Origin: Planctomycetales bacterium
GTDB lineage: Bacteria; 4484-113; JAFGCY01
Assembly (NCBI GenBank): GCA_022646745.1
Contig: CP060262.1
Location: 2,130,001 to 2,162,000, forward strand
DNA: 32,000 nt
Reading direction: 5' to 3'
The notes below the pieces were generated by a model. The model searched no databases and had not been told where the DNA came from. It was given only the letters and a program-made list of their open reading frames with translations. Made by a program: the position numbers and the translations under genes. Below are positions 8,154 to 17,938 of this stretch, piece by piece (positions within the stretch are counted from its first letter, which is position 1; the number at the start of each line of letters is the position of its first letter).

Positions 8154-10196
8154 ATGAGCAGCGCAGACAAACGATACTATCTCACCACCCCCATCTATTA
8201 CGTGAACTTCAAGCCCCATGTGGGCACGAGCTACACGACGATCCTTGCTGACGTGGCAACCCGGCACCAGCGCTTCCTCGGGATGGATGCGATGTTCGTC
8301 ACGGGCAGCGATGAGCACAGCCAGAACATCGCCGACCTCGCGGCCGCAGCGGGCAAGACCCCGCTTGCATATTGCGATGAGGTGATCCCGAAGTTCCGTG
8401 AGTGCTGGCAGGCTTGCCGCATCGATGACTACCGCTTCGAGCGCACCAGCGATGAGCGCCACCATGCGCTCGTGCGCACGTTCTGGCAGCGCATCTATGA
8501 CAAGGGCGATGTCTACAAGGGCCAGTACAGTGGCTGGTACCACACCTCCGACAACCGCTTCCTCGATGAGGATGAGGTGCCGGAGAACCCGGAGAGCCAC
8601 CCGCGCCTGAAGTTCATCACCGAGGAAGCCTACTACTTCAAGCTCAGTGAATACCAGGACTGGCTCCTGAAGTTCCATGAGGCCTGCCCCGAATTCATCG
8701 TGCCGGACTTCCGCCGCAATGAGATGCTCAACCGCATCGAGGGCGGCCTGAAGGACATCTGCATCAGCCGCAGCGGCACGGACTGGGGCATCCGCCTGCC
8801 CTGGGACGAGGGCCACGTGTTCTACGTCTGGATCGAGGCCCTGCTGACCTACATGACCGGCAGCGGTTTCGACATCAACGCCTTTGAGAAGACTTTCGTG
8901 GACGGAAAGTCCAGTGAGGTGCGCGAGCCTTTGTGGGAGACCACGCGCGCCGACCTTGCCACGCAGCCTGACACCAACTACTGGCCCTGCGACCTGCACC
9001 TGATGGCCAAGGACATCCCCTGGTTCCATGTGGTGATCTGGCCGGCGATGCTCGCAAGCTACGGTGCCCCGCTGCCGAAGCAGGCGCTGGTGCACGGCTA
9101 CTGGAACTTCGACGGCGAGAAGATGAGCAAGAGCCTCGGCAACGTGGTCGACCCATATGATGCAATCGCGCTCGTGGGCGTGGACGGCCTGCGCTACTTC
9201 CTGATGCGGGAAGTGCCGCTCGGGCTGGATGGCAACTTCAACTACGAAGCGCTGATCAGCCGCTTCAACTACGACCTCGCCAACGACCTCGGCAACCTCG
9301 TGCACCGCACCGTGAGCATGGTGCACCAGAACTTCGAGGGCCGCGTGCCGGACGTGCTGGCCGTGACCGACCTCGATGAGCAGATCGAGCGGCAGCGCCG
9401 GGACACCATTGAGAGCGTGCTGGAGAAGTACCAGGGCCTGCGCTACAGCGAGATGCTGCAGGAGCTGTGGGCCCTGATCGGTGAAGCCAACCGCTACATT
9501 GACGAGAAGAAGCCCTGGGAGCTGAAGAAGAACCCGGAGCGCCGCGATGAGATCGCCACGGTGTTCAACCGCCTGGTGAACCTGATCCGCAGCGTGCTGC
9601 TGCTGGCCGCCCCGGTGATCCCGGAAGGGGCCTCGAAGTTCTGGCAGATCCTCAACTTCGTGGGTGACCCGGCCACGATGAGCGTCGGGTCCTTGCAGCA
9701 GTCCGTCCCCGCCGGGCACCAGCTCAACCCCAGTGAGCCGGTCTACCGCAGGCTGGACCTGAACAAGATGAAGGAAGAAAGCCAGGCCCAGGCAGCAGCC
9801 GCGGAGGCCGCAAAGCCCGCTGAGAAGCCGGCCGCCCCGGCCGCGGATGCGGACAACGAGAGCGGCGCGAATGTGATCACCATTGATGACTTCGTCAAGG
9901 TGCAGCTGCGTGTGGCCCAGGTGCTCAAGGCCGAAAAGGTTGAGAAGGCCGACAAGCTCCTGTGCCTGCAGCTCGATGACGGCATGGGTGGCCGGCAGAT
10001 CCTGGCCGGCATCGCTGAATATTACAAGCCCGAAGACCTGGTTGGCCGGCATGTCGTGATTGTCGCCAACCTGGCCCCGCGCAAGCTGCGCGGCCTGATG
10101 TCCGAGGGGATGGTGCTGGCCGCCAGCGACTCCGAGGGCCGGCTGGCCCTGATTTCACCGGCTGGAGAAGTATCGAACGGAGCGGAGGTGCGCTGA
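8154..10196 (+). CDS. metG: Methionine--tRNA ligase with a C-terminal tRNA-binding (Trbp111/EMAP-like) domain
   Basis: 680 aa. It has the class I signature region PIYYVNFKPHVGTSY (HIGH-type) and KMSKS (GEKMSKSLGN). An Ala/Pro/Glu-rich linker is followed by a tRNA-binding domain (ITIDDFVKVQLRVAQV..VANLAPRKLRG..SEGMVLAA). Confidence 0.95.
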   Translation: MSSADKRYYLTTPIYYVNFKPHVGTSYTTILADVATRHQRFLGMDAMFVTGSDEHSQNIADLAAAAGKTPLAYCDEVIPKFRECWQACRIDDYRFERTSDERHHALVRTFWQRIYDKGDVYKGQYSGWYHTSDNRFLDEDEVPENPESHPRLKFITEEAYYFKLSEYQDWLLKFHEACPEFIVPDFRRNEMLNRIEGGLKDICISRSGTDWGIRLPWDEGHVFYVWIEALLTYMTGSGFDINAFEKTFVDGKSSEVREPLWETTRADLATQPDTNYWPCDLHLMAKDIPWFHVVIWPAMLASYGAPLPKQALVHGYWNFDGEKMSKSLGNVVDPYDAIALVGVDGLRYFLMREVPLGLDGNFNYEALISRFNYDLANDLGNLVHRTVSMVHQNFEGRVPDVLAVTDLDEQIERQRRDTIESVLEKYQGLRYSEMLQELWALIGEANRYIDEKKPWELKKNPERRDEIATVFNRLVNLIRSVLLLAAPVIPEGASKFWQILNFVGDPATMSVGSLQQSVPAGHQLNPSEPVYRRLDLNKMKEESQAQAAAAEAAKPAEKPAAPAADADNESGANVITIDDFVKVQLRVAQVLKAEKVEKADKLLCLQLDDGMGGRQILAGIAEYYKPEDLVGRHVVIVANLAPRKLRGLMSEGMVLAASDSEGRLALISPAGEVSNGAEVR

Positions 10197-10240
10197 TGAA
10201 CCCCAGGCAGCCCTTATCCGTCCATTTACGGGAGCGTAAA

Positions 10241-11200
10241 ATGTCCAGACTGATCACAACACTGATGCTTGGCTGCCTTGCCCTGCTGCTGCTCGCGAGC
10301 TGCAACAAGGAAGGCAAGAAGAACATCGACACCTCCAATGTCGAGCAGACGGCACCGTCCCTCACCGCGGTTCCCGCGGCCGAGGAGCGCGGCACCACGA
10401 TTGATGAGGAAGCCGCTGCCCGCCTGGAGAACCTGCGCGAGGACCTGCACACCGAATTCGTGGCGATGCTGCCCGAGTTCAAGTACAGCTACGACGAAGC
10501 CGCTGACCGCATGAACGGCGAGGGCCTGCCCGCCGATGGTGTGGAGATCCCGCCGCTGATCGACAAGCTGGAGAACCGCATCAAGGCACTGACCACTCCG
10601 GCCGGCAAGACGGAGCAGCAGCAGCTGATCCGCGTGATGCTGACACAGTTCCAGAGCGCCGGCATGACCGCCCAGAGTGACGCCACACATGCCGGTGATT
10701 CCGGCAGCCAGGCCGGCAAGCCGGCTGACAAGGGCGGGTCTGGCGAGGCCACCAATGATGTCGGCCTCAAGAAGGCCCCCAAGGCCTACGGTGAGTGGCG
10801 CTCGATCCGTGAGGAAGGCGAGAACTACACCATTGAGCATAATGACGACTACTACAAGCAGCTGCTGGTTTACTACGACAAGGACGTGATCTACTCCACC
10901 TTCGCCAAGGGCCAGCGCATCAAGAACGACACCTACGACTACAAGTACGACAAGGGTGCGGGCGAGCTGCTGCTGACCGCCAAGGACGGCCGCTACACCA
11001 TGAACCTGCAGTGCTTCGTGCGTGACAGCGAGCCGGGCCTGATGTACGTCAAGCAGGCGAGCGGCAATGTCTACACCGTCTACGAGAAGATCGGCCGTGG
11101 TGAGGAGCCCTGGACAGAAGAGGAGAACCAGCGCTTCCTGGAGCTGCAGAAGGAGATCAGCGGCGGTGGCAGCGGCGGCAACGCCAAGAAGGGAAACTAG
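10241..11200 (+). CDS. Hypothetical lipoprotein
   Basis: ATG 10241 is preceded by GGAG. The signal carries a lipobox, MSRLITTLMLGCLALLLLAS|C. The ORF track's longer start (10196) overlaps the metG stop and adds a non-signal extension. I recognise no family. Confidence 0.7.
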   Translation: MSRLITTLMLGCLALLLLASCNKEGKKNIDTSNVEQTAPSLTAVPAAEERGTTIDEEAAARLENLREDLHTEFVAMLPEFKYSYDEAADRMNGEGLPADGVEIPPLIDKLENRIKALTTPAGKTEQQQLIRVMLTQFQSAGMTAQSDATHAGDSGSQAGKPADKGGSGEATNDVGLKKAPKAYGEWRSIREEGENYTIEHNDDYYKQLLVYYDKDVIYSTFAKGQRIKNDTYDYKYDKGAGELLLTAKDGRYTMNLQCFVRDSEPGLMYVKQASGNVYTVYEKIGRGEEPWTEEENQRFLELQKEISGGGSGGNAKKGN

Positions 11201-11213
11201 GCCCGCACACTCG

Positions 11214-11242
11214 TTGACAGCAGGCCGCTGCTGGCCTATTAT
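11214..11242 (+). promoter_or_regulatory. Candidate sigma70 promoter for the proline dehydrogenase gene
   Basis: TTGACA (11214-11219), N17, TATTAT (11237-11242), about 105 nt upstream of ATG 11348. Consensus match only. Confidence 0.5.
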
Positions 11243-11347
11243 CTGCGCGGTGCTCCACGAGGAAACAAGTTCCACCCAGCCGGTCATGTCCGATGAGGAC
11301 GAACCCCGACCGTACACGCCCGCCGGGTCGCTCCCGGAGACACGGCC

Positions 11348-12247
11348 ATGAGCCTGTTTGACCGCATGGTCGTGAAGATGCTGCCCGTCGTCCCACGCGT
11401 GATCGTCGGTGCCGTTGCCAGCCGCTATGTGGCGGGTGACATGGTCTCCGATGCCATCGAGACCGCCCAGGCACTGGCAGCCGACGGGGCGGTGGCCACG
11501 ATGGACATCCTCGGCGAGGAAGTGCGTGACAAGGCGCTGGCCGAAAACTACACGAATCAGTACATAGCGCTCGTGGACGCGATCGAGGCCTCCGGCATCA
11601 GCTCCAGCGTGTCCGTCAAGCCGACCATGCTCGGCCTGGACATCACCGAGGAGCTCTGTGAACAGAACATCGAACGGATCTTCGCCCATGCCGCTGCCCG
11701 CAAAATCCGCGTTGCGATCGACATGGAGGACCACCCGACCACGGACTTCACGCTCAGGGTGCACCGGCGCATGCACGATCAGTTTGGCAACGCCGGCACC
11801 GTGCTGCAGGCCTACATGCGCCGTACGTTGGCCGACATCGCCGCCCTGCCGGTGGACAACTGCCAGATCCGCCTCTGCAAGGGGATCTACGTCGAACCGG
11901 AAAGCATCGCCTACAAGGGCTATGAGGAAATCCGCGCCAACTACCTGCTGGCGCTCGAGGCCCTGTTCGAGCGCGGGATCTTCGTCGGGATCGCCACCCA
12001 TGATGAGTACCTCGTGGACCGCGCGATCGAGATCATCCAGCGCCGCGGGCTGGACGCTTCCGCCTATGAGTTCCAGATGCTGCTGGGTGTACTGCCGCAG
12101 CTGCGCTCGAAGATCCTCTCCGGCGGGCATGCGCTCAGGGTCTACATCCCCTATGGCTCCGACTGGTACGCCTACAGCGTGCGCCGCCTGCGCGAGAACC
12201 CGAAGGTGGCCCGGCACGTGATGCGTGCCATGATCGGCCTGCGCTGA
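11348..12247 (+). CDS. Proline dehydrogenase (monofunctional PRODH family)
   Basis: 299 aa. The N-terminal pattern (VASRYVAGD..AI..A..L...G..ATMDILGE) and C-terminal pattern (EFQMLLGV, YIPYG.DWY.Y..RRL.ENP) are characteristic of bacterial PRODH TIM-barrel enzymes. Confidence 0.85.
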   Translation: MSLFDRMVVKMLPVVPRVIVGAVASRYVAGDMVSDAIETAQALAADGAVATMDILGEEVRDKALAENYTNQYIALVDAIEASGISSSVSVKPTMLGLDITEELCEQNIERIFAHAAARKIRVAIDMEDHPTTDFTLRVHRRMHDQFGNAGTVLQAYMRRTLADIAALPVDNCQIRLCKGIYVEPESIAYKGYEEIRANYLLALEALFERGIFVGIATHDEYLVDRAIEIIQRRGLDASAYEFQMLLGVLPQLRSKILSGGHALRVYIPYGSDWYAYSVRRLRENPKVARHVMRAMIGLR

Positions 12248-12343
12248 TTATCCCCAATTTGCGACCACAACTGTCCCAGATCGTGCTATGCTGTTCGCGT
12301 GAGGGATCATCCAGCTTCGGACACGCTACCGAAGCTTTCCCAA

Positions 12344-12368
12344 GGGGCAGCTCCGGTTGCCCCTTTTT
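12344..12368 (+). terminator. Rho-independent terminator after the proline dehydrogenase gene
   Basis: Stem ggggca (12344-12349), 8-nt loop, stem tgcccc (12358-12363), then ttttt (12364-12368). A second hairpin lies at 12313-12338. Confidence 0.7.
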
Positions 12369-12411
12369 CATTTCCGGACTTAGTCTGCACTGGCCCGCCT
12401 TCGATTATTGA

Positions 12412-15400
12412 ATGATCATGGAAGGCACTTCGTCCAGACAGACAATGAAAATCCAGAACATCCCGGCCCTGCTTTGCCTGCTGCTCGCGCTCTTTTGCAG
12501 CCAGGCCTTCGCGCAGGACAGCGGCATCATGCAGCAGGAAAAGCAGGTCGAGCCGCCAACGCTGGCACAGCGCGTGCAGTACATGCTGATCGCCCGTGAG
12601 CTGCCCTGGATCACTCCTGACAGTGACATGCAGGTGTTCAGTGCGAGCAGCCTGGATGCGCTCGGCGAGCTGCGCGAGGCCATGCTCTTGAGCCGCCTGC
12701 AGCGCAACAGTGACCCCGGCAAGCGGCGCGCCTACTTCGAGAAGCAGTTCATGCCATACCTTGAGCGCCAGGACCAGGCCCTGCGTGACAGCGGCGAAGT
12801 GCGCTTCCTGCAGGCAATCGCACTGCTGGAACTGGGACGGCTGGATGAAGCGCTGGCGATCGCCCAGACGCTCCCGGCTGAGAGCAGCGAGGATGGCAGC
12901 GGCTATGCCTTGTGGGGCATCGTGCTGATGGAGCAGGGGAATACCGCCGAAGCCGGCAAGGTGCTGGAAGCGGGGCGGAAATTCTACAGGGAGAACGGAC
13001 TGCTGCTGCTTGAATGGAGCTGGTACAGTCTGGCTGCTGAGCAGGTTACTGCTGATCAGTTTGTTGATTTCATGCGACCGATCAGCGACTTCCTGCTGGC
13101 GAACGGACCGGCTGCTCCGTATCTCCAGCATGCCATGGAACGCGGCATGGCCGGGTATGTGCTGGCCAGGGGCAACGCTGACGTGGCAATGGGATACGCG
13201 GAGAGTGTGCTGAAGGCATATCCTGGCGACATTGAGATGCTCTCAGTGGCAGCACGTGCTGCAGCTGAGCGCCGCCAGTTCAACCTCGCCGCCGAGTACC
13301 AGCAAGAGCTGTGCAGTGCTGAACCAAGCCCTGCCAACTGGCTGGCGCTGGCGGGCTACAAATCTGAGCTGAATGACGACACGGCGCTGGCTGCCTACAA
13401 TGAGGCCCTGCGCCTGGCCCCGGCGGATGCAGCGATCCTGCAGGCCCGCAGCGCCTGGCATGAGAAGCATGGCAACAGGGAAGCGGCCGTGGCCGACCTG
13501 CGCAGCGTGCTGGATGCTGATCCTGACAACCGCGATGCAGCCCGTGCGCTGGCCCGGCTGCTGGCAGGCAGCGACCCCGGCCCGCAGGGTGAGGGCGAGG
13601 AGCAGCTGCGCAATGTGATCCGCACCGACCCGAGCCCCGCTGCCTACCTCGACCTGCTGGAGGTCGTCGGCAGCGACCCGAAGCGGCGTGCGGAGTACGA
13701 GAACATCTACAACGACATGCTGGCGCGCTTCCGCAACACCCCGGCGGTGGTGCTGTTCCATGCCCAGCGCCTGCTGTCCGAAGAGAAGTACACCCAGGCG
13801 CTGGAGCAGTTCCGCATCGGCGAGGGGCTGGACCCGACGATGGCCGGCTTCCCGCTCGGGATCGGCGACAGCCTGAGGGCAATGGGCGGCTTCTCGGAGG
13901 CCGTTGAGGCCTACCGCCGCGCCCTGCGCCTTGGCTACAGCCCGCAGGCCGTGGCCGGGCTGGCCCGCAGCCTAGACATGGCGGGGGAGGGGGCCGAGGC
14001 CGAGCGTGTGTTCCGCGACGCTGCCAACGAGCATCCGCGGGATGCGGCGCTCGTGATGCAGTATGGCCTGTTCCTGTTCGAGCGCACGCAGTACACGGCC
14101 GCAATGGAACAGTACGAGCTGGGCCGCACGCTGGAACCTGACAACGAGATGTTCGTCAACCGCCATGCACTGTGCCTGTTCCAGCTGAACCAGATCCCCG
14201 AGGCGATCAGCATGCTCAAGCAGGCGATCGCGATCCACCCGCGGCCGCTGTTCTACCGCAACCTGGCAATTGCCTACGAGGAGGATGCCGAGACGGAGCT
14301 GGCGGAGCGCAGCTATCAGGACGGGCTCGAGCTGTTCCCCGGCGACCAGCAGCTGCTGGAGGGCTACAGCGAGTTCCTCGAGCAGCAGGGCCGCGGCGGC
14401 GAGGCGCTCGACATCCTTGCGCGCAGCGCCCAGAGCAGTGACGACATCGACGTGCTGATGGACCTCGCCACCCTGGCGCAGAGTGCCGGCCGCAATGAGC
14501 TGGCCCGCCAGAGCTACGAGCGAGCCGTCGGGCTGGACCCCTTCGACCTCGTGGTCAACGAGCGCTACATGACCTTCCTCGCGATGCAGCGTGACAACCA
14601 GGCGATGCTGGACCACATGCTTGAGGCCGGCCGGCTGCTGCGCGAGGAGGACTATGAGGAACTGGTCGGCAGCCTGACCGGCTTCTTCGTCGAGCAGCGC
14701 CTGGCCGCTGACGGGGAACTGCTGCTGTCGCGCCTGATCGAGACCCAGCCCACGGTGGTGCGGCTTTACAACAGCCTGGCGCTGATGCAGCATCTCGATG
14801 GTGACAACGAGACCGCGCTGACGACGGTCACCCGCGGTCAGCGCTATGCCGGAGAGAGCTTCCTCGGGCTGTACCTGCAGACCCTGATCAGCTGGCGCAG
14901 CCTCGGCACTGACAGTGCGATCCCGCTCGGAGCAAGGCTGATCGAAAACCCGCAGGCCGATGCCAAGGCCTGGCTTTTGTACCTTGACCTGCTGGCATCC
15001 GCCAAGCAGACGGAGGAGGAGGCCAGTGTCGCCACCCGCGGCCTGAAGCAGTTCTTCGGCAACGTGGACATCTACCGCCACCTCGTGCGCGCCACGCGCC
15101 AGCTCGGCGACATCCGCGAGCTGATCCGCGTGCTGGAGGACCCGCAGTATGTGCGCATCCGCCTGGAGGAGCGTCCGCTGCTGCTCGGCCGCAGCTACAT
15201 CGCGGTGGGCAACTACCCGCGTGCGCTGGCAGCGCTGCAGCCCCTGCTGGAGGAGAACCCGTTTGATGAGGAGGCCCTGCGCCTGAGCGGCGAGGCCAAC
15301 TTCATGCTCGGGGAGCAGGCCATGGCCCGCGAGCAACTCACGAGCGCGCTGGCGATCAACCCGGAACTGTACAGCGCCAGCATCTGGCTGGGCTGGGTGC

Positions 15401-15639
15401 TGCTCACGGACCGCGACCTCGCCGGTGCGGAGCAGAGCTTCAGCTCAGCGGAGAAGAGCCCCTCGATAGACCAGCTGGAGCTGGCCTGGACGCGGCTCGG
15501 GCAGGCCACGGTGGCGATCCGGCGCGGTGAGCGGATGGAGGCCCAGGGCCTGCTCAAGCAGGCCGAAGCGCTCGGCGGCGGCGATGAACGCTTCGACAGC
15601 TACGTGCCGCGCATCCGTGACGAAATCCGCCCGCAGTAG
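12412..15639 (+). CDS. Large exported TPR-repeat protein
   Basis: 1075-aa ORF. Alternative ATG 12445 gives a signal peptide, MKIQNIPALLCLLLALFCSQAFA|QD. The rest is degenerate 34-aa helical repeats (e.g. AAYNEALRLAPADAAILQARSAWHEKHGNREAAVADLRSVLDADPDN). Confidence 0.8.
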   Translation: MIMEGTSSRQTMKIQNIPALLCLLLALFCSQAFAQDSGIMQQEKQVEPPTLAQRVQYMLIARELPWITPDSDMQVFSASSLDALGELREAMLLSRLQRNSDPGKRRAYFEKQFMPYLERQDQALRDSGEVRFLQAIALLELGRLDEALAIAQTLPAESSEDGSGYALWGIVLMEQGNTAEAGKVLEAGRKFYRENGLLLLEWSWYSLAAEQVTADQFVDFMRPISDFLLANGPAAPYLQHAMERGMAGYVLARGNADVAMGYAESVLKAYPGDIEMLSVAARAAAERRQFNLAAEYQQELCSAEPSPANWLALAGYKSELNDDTALAAYNEALRLAPADAAILQARSAWHEKHGNREAAVADLRSVLDADPDNRDAARALARLLAGSDPGPQGEGEEQLRNVIRTDPSPAAYLDLLEVVGSDPKRRAEYENIYNDMLARFRNTPAVVLFHAQRLLSEEKYTQALEQFRIGEGLDPTMAGFPLGIGDSLRAMGGFSEAVEAYRRALRLGYSPQAVAGLARSLDMAGEGAEAERVFRDAANEHPRDAALVMQYGLFLFERTQYTAAMEQYELGRTLEPDNEMFVNRHALCLFQLNQIPEAISMLKQAIAIHPRPLFYRNLAIAYEEDAETELAERSYQDGLELFPGDQQLLEGYSEFLEQQGRGGEALDILARSAQSSDDIDVLMDLATLAQSAGRNELARQSYERAVGLDPFDLVVNERYMTFLAMQRDNQAMLDHMLEAGRLLREEDYEELVGSLTGFFVEQRLAADGELLLSRLIETQPTVVRLYNSLALMQHLDGDNETALTTVTRGQRYAGESFLGLYLQTLISWRSLGTDSAIPLGARLIENPQADAKAWLLYLDLLASAKQTEEEASVATRGLKQFFGNVDIYRHLVRATRQLGDIRELIRVLEDPQYVRIRLEERPLLLGRSYIAVGNYPRALAALQPLLEENPFDEEALRLSGEANFMLGEQAMAREQLTSALAINPELYSASIWLGWVLLTDRDLAGAEQSFSSAEKSPSIDQLELAWTRLGQATVAIRRGERMEAQGLLKQAEALGGGDERFDSYVPRIRDEIRPQ

Positions 15640-15683
15640 CTCGCAACCGGCTCCAGACGGCGCGGCTCCTATAATCTAGGCTC

Positions 15684-16028
15684 ATGTTCGGCATCGGTGG
15701 CGGAGAGCTCGTGGCAATTGCGCTGATCGCGCTGCTGCTGTTCGGCCCGTCCCGCCTGCCTGACCTGGCCCGCAGTGCCGCCAAGGCCTACCGCGAGTTC
15801 CTCAAGTTCCGCCAGCAGATGAACGATGCCGTGGACGACCTGCGCGCGGATATGGAGATAGACCTGGAGGACACGCCATCCACTGCCCCGCAGATCCGTG
15901 CGCCGGGCGGCAGCCGGGTCAGTGCCGCCGGAGATGACTACCTGAATGAACCGGCACCGGAACTGGTCGAGCTGGATGTGCCGGATGAGGATGACTACCT
16001 CGATCCCGGCCGCGGGGGAGAGCAGTGA
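15684..16028 (+). CDS. tatA: Twin-arginine translocase TatA/TatB-family protein
   Basis: 114 aa. N-terminus MFGIGGGELVAIALIALLLFGPSRLPDLARS (TM helix plus FGP hinge plus amphipathic helix), followed by an acidic tail. Confidence 0.85.
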   Translation: MFGIGGGELVAIALIALLLFGPSRLPDLARSAAKAYREFLKFRQQMNDAVDDLRADMEIDLEDTPSTAPQIRAPGGSRVSAAGDDYLNEPAPELVELDVPDEDDYLDPGRGGEQ

Positions 16029-16804
16029 ACCCGCGCACAGCCAGGCCGGAGTACGACCCCGAGAGCGCGCGGCGCATGACCTTCTGGCAACACCTCGGCG
16101 AGCTACGCGTGCGCCTGTTCCGCTGTGCCTTCTACGTGCTGCTGCTGGCCTGCGTCGGCTGGTACTTCAAGGGACTGCTGATCGAACTCTTGACGGCACC
16201 GTTAAACGCCTACTACGCCGACATGCGGCTGACGGTGCTCGCTGTGCAGGAAGCATTCCTGCTCTACATCCGGATTGCCACCTACAGCGGTATCGCCGCA
16301 GCCTCACCGCTGATCCTGCTGGAGGCCTGGGGCTTTGTGTCCCCGGCGCTCAGCAAACGGGAACGGCGCCTCGTGATGCCGGTGCTGCCGGTCGTGCTGC
16401 TGCTGTTCATCGCCGGCGTGCTGTTCATCTACTTCCAGCTGGTGCCCGTCAGCATCTCGATCCTGCTTGGCATGGCCGGCACCGAGTTCGACCTCGTGCT
16501 GACCGTCGACAAGTACATCAACTTCGTGCTCGGGCTGTGCATGGCCGGCGGCATCATGTTCGAGATGCCTGTCGTGCTGGCGATCCTCGGCTACCTGGAG
16601 CTGGTCACCGCACGCGGACTGTGGATGCGCAGCAACATCGCGGTGGTGGTGCTGCTGATCCTGAGCGCAGTCATTACGCCGACCGGCGATGCACTAACGA
16701 TGGTGCTGTTCACCCTGCCGCTGTTGTTGCTGTACTTCGCCAGCACGCTGGTGGTCTGGCTGATCGAACGCAGAAACAGACATAAGATTGTGGAATCCGG
16801 GTAA
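16025..16804 (+). CDS. tatC: Twin-arginine translocase subunit TatC
   Basis: 259 aa. The GTG start overlaps the tatA stop (GTGA) with GGGGGAG upstream. It has the FWQHLGELRVRL motif and six hydrophobic segments. An alternative ATG lies at 16076. Confidence 0.9.
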   Translation: MNPRTARPEYDPESARRMTFWQHLGELRVRLFRCAFYVLLLACVGWYFKGLLIELLTAPLNAYYADMRLTVLAVQEAFLLYIRIATYSGIAAASPLILLEAWGFVSPALSKRERRLVMPVLPVVLLLFIAGVLFIYFQLVPVSISILLGMAGTEFDLVLTVDKYINFVLGLCMAGGIMFEMPVVLAILGYLELVTARGLWMRSNIAVVVLLILSAVITPTGDALTMVLFTLPLLLLYFASTLVVWLIERRNRHKIVESG

Positions 16805-16824
16805 TACATTTCGATGCGTGCCGT

Positions 16825-16853
16825 TTGAATTGCTGGCCGCATTGATCTACACT
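16825..16853 (+). promoter_or_regulatory. Candidate promoter for the sigma factor gene
   Basis: TTGAAT (16825-16830), N17, TACACT (16848-16853). Consensus match only. Confidence 0.45.
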
Positions 16854-16926
16854 GGTAGCGGCTGAAATAACTTTCGGGGGCCGGATTCCGTCAAAGAAGC
16901 CGGCAGCCGCGCCGATACTACAAGGT

Positions 16927-17859
16927 ATGAGGCAACAAGGGGTTCTACGTTTGGCAAAGGATGATGCAAGAAGAAAGGAGGAGCGTTCCAAGGAGTACCT
17001 TGAGAATGCGCTCATCCACTACCTTGACTTCCTCTCGCAGGTCAGCCTGCTCACACCGCAGCTGGAGAAGGAGCTGACCACCACGCTGTGGGAGAAGAGC
17101 AACTCACCGATCCTGCGCGAGGACTGCCGGCGAAGGCTGATCGAGGCCAACCTGCGCCTCGTGCTCAACATCGCCAAGCAGTACCGGCACATGGGCATCC
17201 CCTTCCCGGACCTGATCAGCGAGGGCAACATCGGCCTGATGACGGCGATCGACAAGTTCGACCCGCGCAAGGGCCACCGCCTGAGCACATACGCCACCTG
17301 GTGGATCCGCCAGCGCATCCTGCGCTACATCATCAGCAACCAGTCGATCATCCGTGTGCCCGAGCACATCATTGACAAGATCAACAAGCTGCGCCGTGAA
17401 ACGGAGCGCTTCCGCCAGCGTGAGGGCCGCGAGCCGACCATCGACGAGCTGGCGGACCAGAGCGGCCTGACCAATGACGACATCCTCAAGTACTCCAGCG
17501 CCGTGCCCTACATCATGTCGCTCGAAGGCGGCTTTGAGCACAGCGACGGTGATGAGATGGCCGAGAGCAGCCCGACGATCGCTGACCGCGTCAGCGCTGA
17601 CAACGAGCTGTTCATGCGCACGATGGACGAGATCACGGTCAAGAGCCTGCTGCAGCACCTGCAGGACAAGGAGCGCTACGTGATCTGCCGCCGCTTCGGC
17701 CTGACCGTCGTTGACGAAGAGGGCCGCGTGCGCCGCGGGGACGAGGGGGCCACGCTGGAGAGCCTGGCCAAGGAGCAGGGCGTCAGCCGGGAGCGCATCC
17801 GCCAGATCGAGCGTGAGGCGCTGCGCAAGATGCGCAAGGCCTACGGCGCATTGAGATAG
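16927..17859 (+). CDS. RNA polymerase sigma factor, sigma-70 (RpoD/SigA-like, short form)
   Basis: 310 aa. Region 2 reads DLISEGNIGLMTAIDKFDPRKGHRLSTYATWWIRQRILRYI and region 4.2 reads LAKEQGVSRERIRQIEREALRKMR. The start codon is uncertain (weak RBS). Confidence 0.9.
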   Translation: MRQQGVLRLAKDDARRKEERSKEYLENALIHYLDFLSQVSLLTPQLEKELTTTLWEKSNSPILREDCRRRLIEANLRLVLNIAKQYRHMGIPFPDLISEGNIGLMTAIDKFDPRKGHRLSTYATWWIRQRILRYIISNQSIIRVPEHIIDKINKLRRETERFRQREGREPTIDELADQSGLTNDDILKYSSAVPYIMSLEGGFEHSDGDEMAESSPTIADRVSADNELFMRTMDEITVKSLLQHLQDKERYVICRRFGLTVVDEEGRVRRGDEGATLESLAKEQGVSRERIRQIEREALRKMRKAYGALR

Positions 17860-17883
17860 AATCTCAGCCCGCACCAGTAAACG

Positions 17884-17912
17884 AAAAAAAAGGCCCCGCC
17901 TCGGCGGGGCCT
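17884..17912. terminator. Shared terminator hairpin between the convergent sigma and HU genes (canonical T-run only on the minus strand)
   Basis: A-run 17884-17890, stem aggccccgc (17891-17899), loop ctcg, stem gcggggcct (17904-17912). On the minus strand the hairpin is followed by a run of T. Confidence 0.75.
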
Positions 17913-17938
17913 GATCGTTTCTTGCGGGAAACTGCCGG

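Noticed and set aside
8118-10052. 644-aa ORF antisense to metG
   Set aside because: The opposite strand encodes an unmistakable MetRS (KMSKS and other motifs). The antisense product is Ala/Gly/Val/Leu/His/Asp/Arg-rich with no motifs. This is the usual stop-poor antisense frame of a GC-rich genome.
10226-12217. 663-aa minus-strand ORF spanning the lipoprotein gene, the intergenic promoter and the proline dehydrogenase gene
   Set aside because: It runs antisense to two well-supported plus-strand genes and straight through an intergenic region with a near-consensus promoter. Its composition is typical of antisense GC-rich frames.
15946-16785. 279-aa alternative-frame ORF overlapping tatC
   Set aside because: It is an Arg/Ala/Pro/Gly-rich out-of-frame translation, whereas the 16025-16804 frame gives a textbook TatC with six hydrophobic segments.
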